Position numbers and translations under genes: made by a program. DNA of 59,138 bases, filler included, from Nitrospinae bacterium RIFCSPLOWO2_12_FULL_45_22 (lineage in GTDB: Bacteria > 2-12-FULL-45-22), in NCBI GenBank assembly GCA_001803565.1. It is 6 parts of 6 records of this genome, joined end to end, with 100 filler letters (N's around TTAATTAATTAA, not from the genome) between each part and the next. Parts side by side here need not be neighbours in the genome. Positions count along the whole stretch, not along the records: positions 53,819 to 59,138 come from MHDQ01000260.1; 5 more parts are not named here. The stretch is one strand, 5' to 3'. Every line of letters starts with the position of its first letter. Within the stretch, counting starts at the first letter, position 1. Positions 59,118 to 59,138 of the stretch are shown here, piece after piece. Below the pieces are notes generated by a model. It was not told the origin of the DNA. It made no database searches and saw only the letters and a list, made by a program, of their open reading frames with translations.

Positions 59118-59138
59118 GCTTCGGAGTTATTGCATCAC

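Overview
The window is six contigs of a draft or metagenome-assembled bacterial genome joined by N-TTAATTAATTAA-N linkers (5940-6039, 12451-12550, 27735-27834, 37062-37161, 53719-53818), so gene order across linkers is meaningless. kdsA and lpxB indicate a diderm, and several genes suggest anaerobic metabolism. Most content is housekeeping (kdsA, lpxB, nadA, a dnaK/dnaJ/hspR/grpE operon, pilB/pilM, thiolase, ubiD, pruA, copA, pncB, tRNAs). The strongest candidate for an undescribed system is a RiPP-like cluster at 37583-40534. It has an unannotated 53-aa precursor (YxKPxL leader, Cys/Trp core, C-terminal Ser), an HPr-kinase-like enzyme, an S24/S26 peptidase, a PqqD/RRE protein and a radical SAM-SPASM enzyme, next to an ABC permease. 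It probably lies in an island bounded by a displaced 3' half of tRNA-Val. Other highlights: an integrase-less integron cassette array with four attC sites and a frameshifted HNH cassette; a second attC between toxin-antitoxin cassettes; a PilB with both an MshEN and a cNMP-binding domain; apparent pseudoenzymes (GlpX, GalT); a short motif shared by DUF1844 and GrpE; tandem giant beta-propeller proteins; and many nested MITE/REP-like elements with target-site duplications. All family assignments are by eye from motifs; no searches were run.
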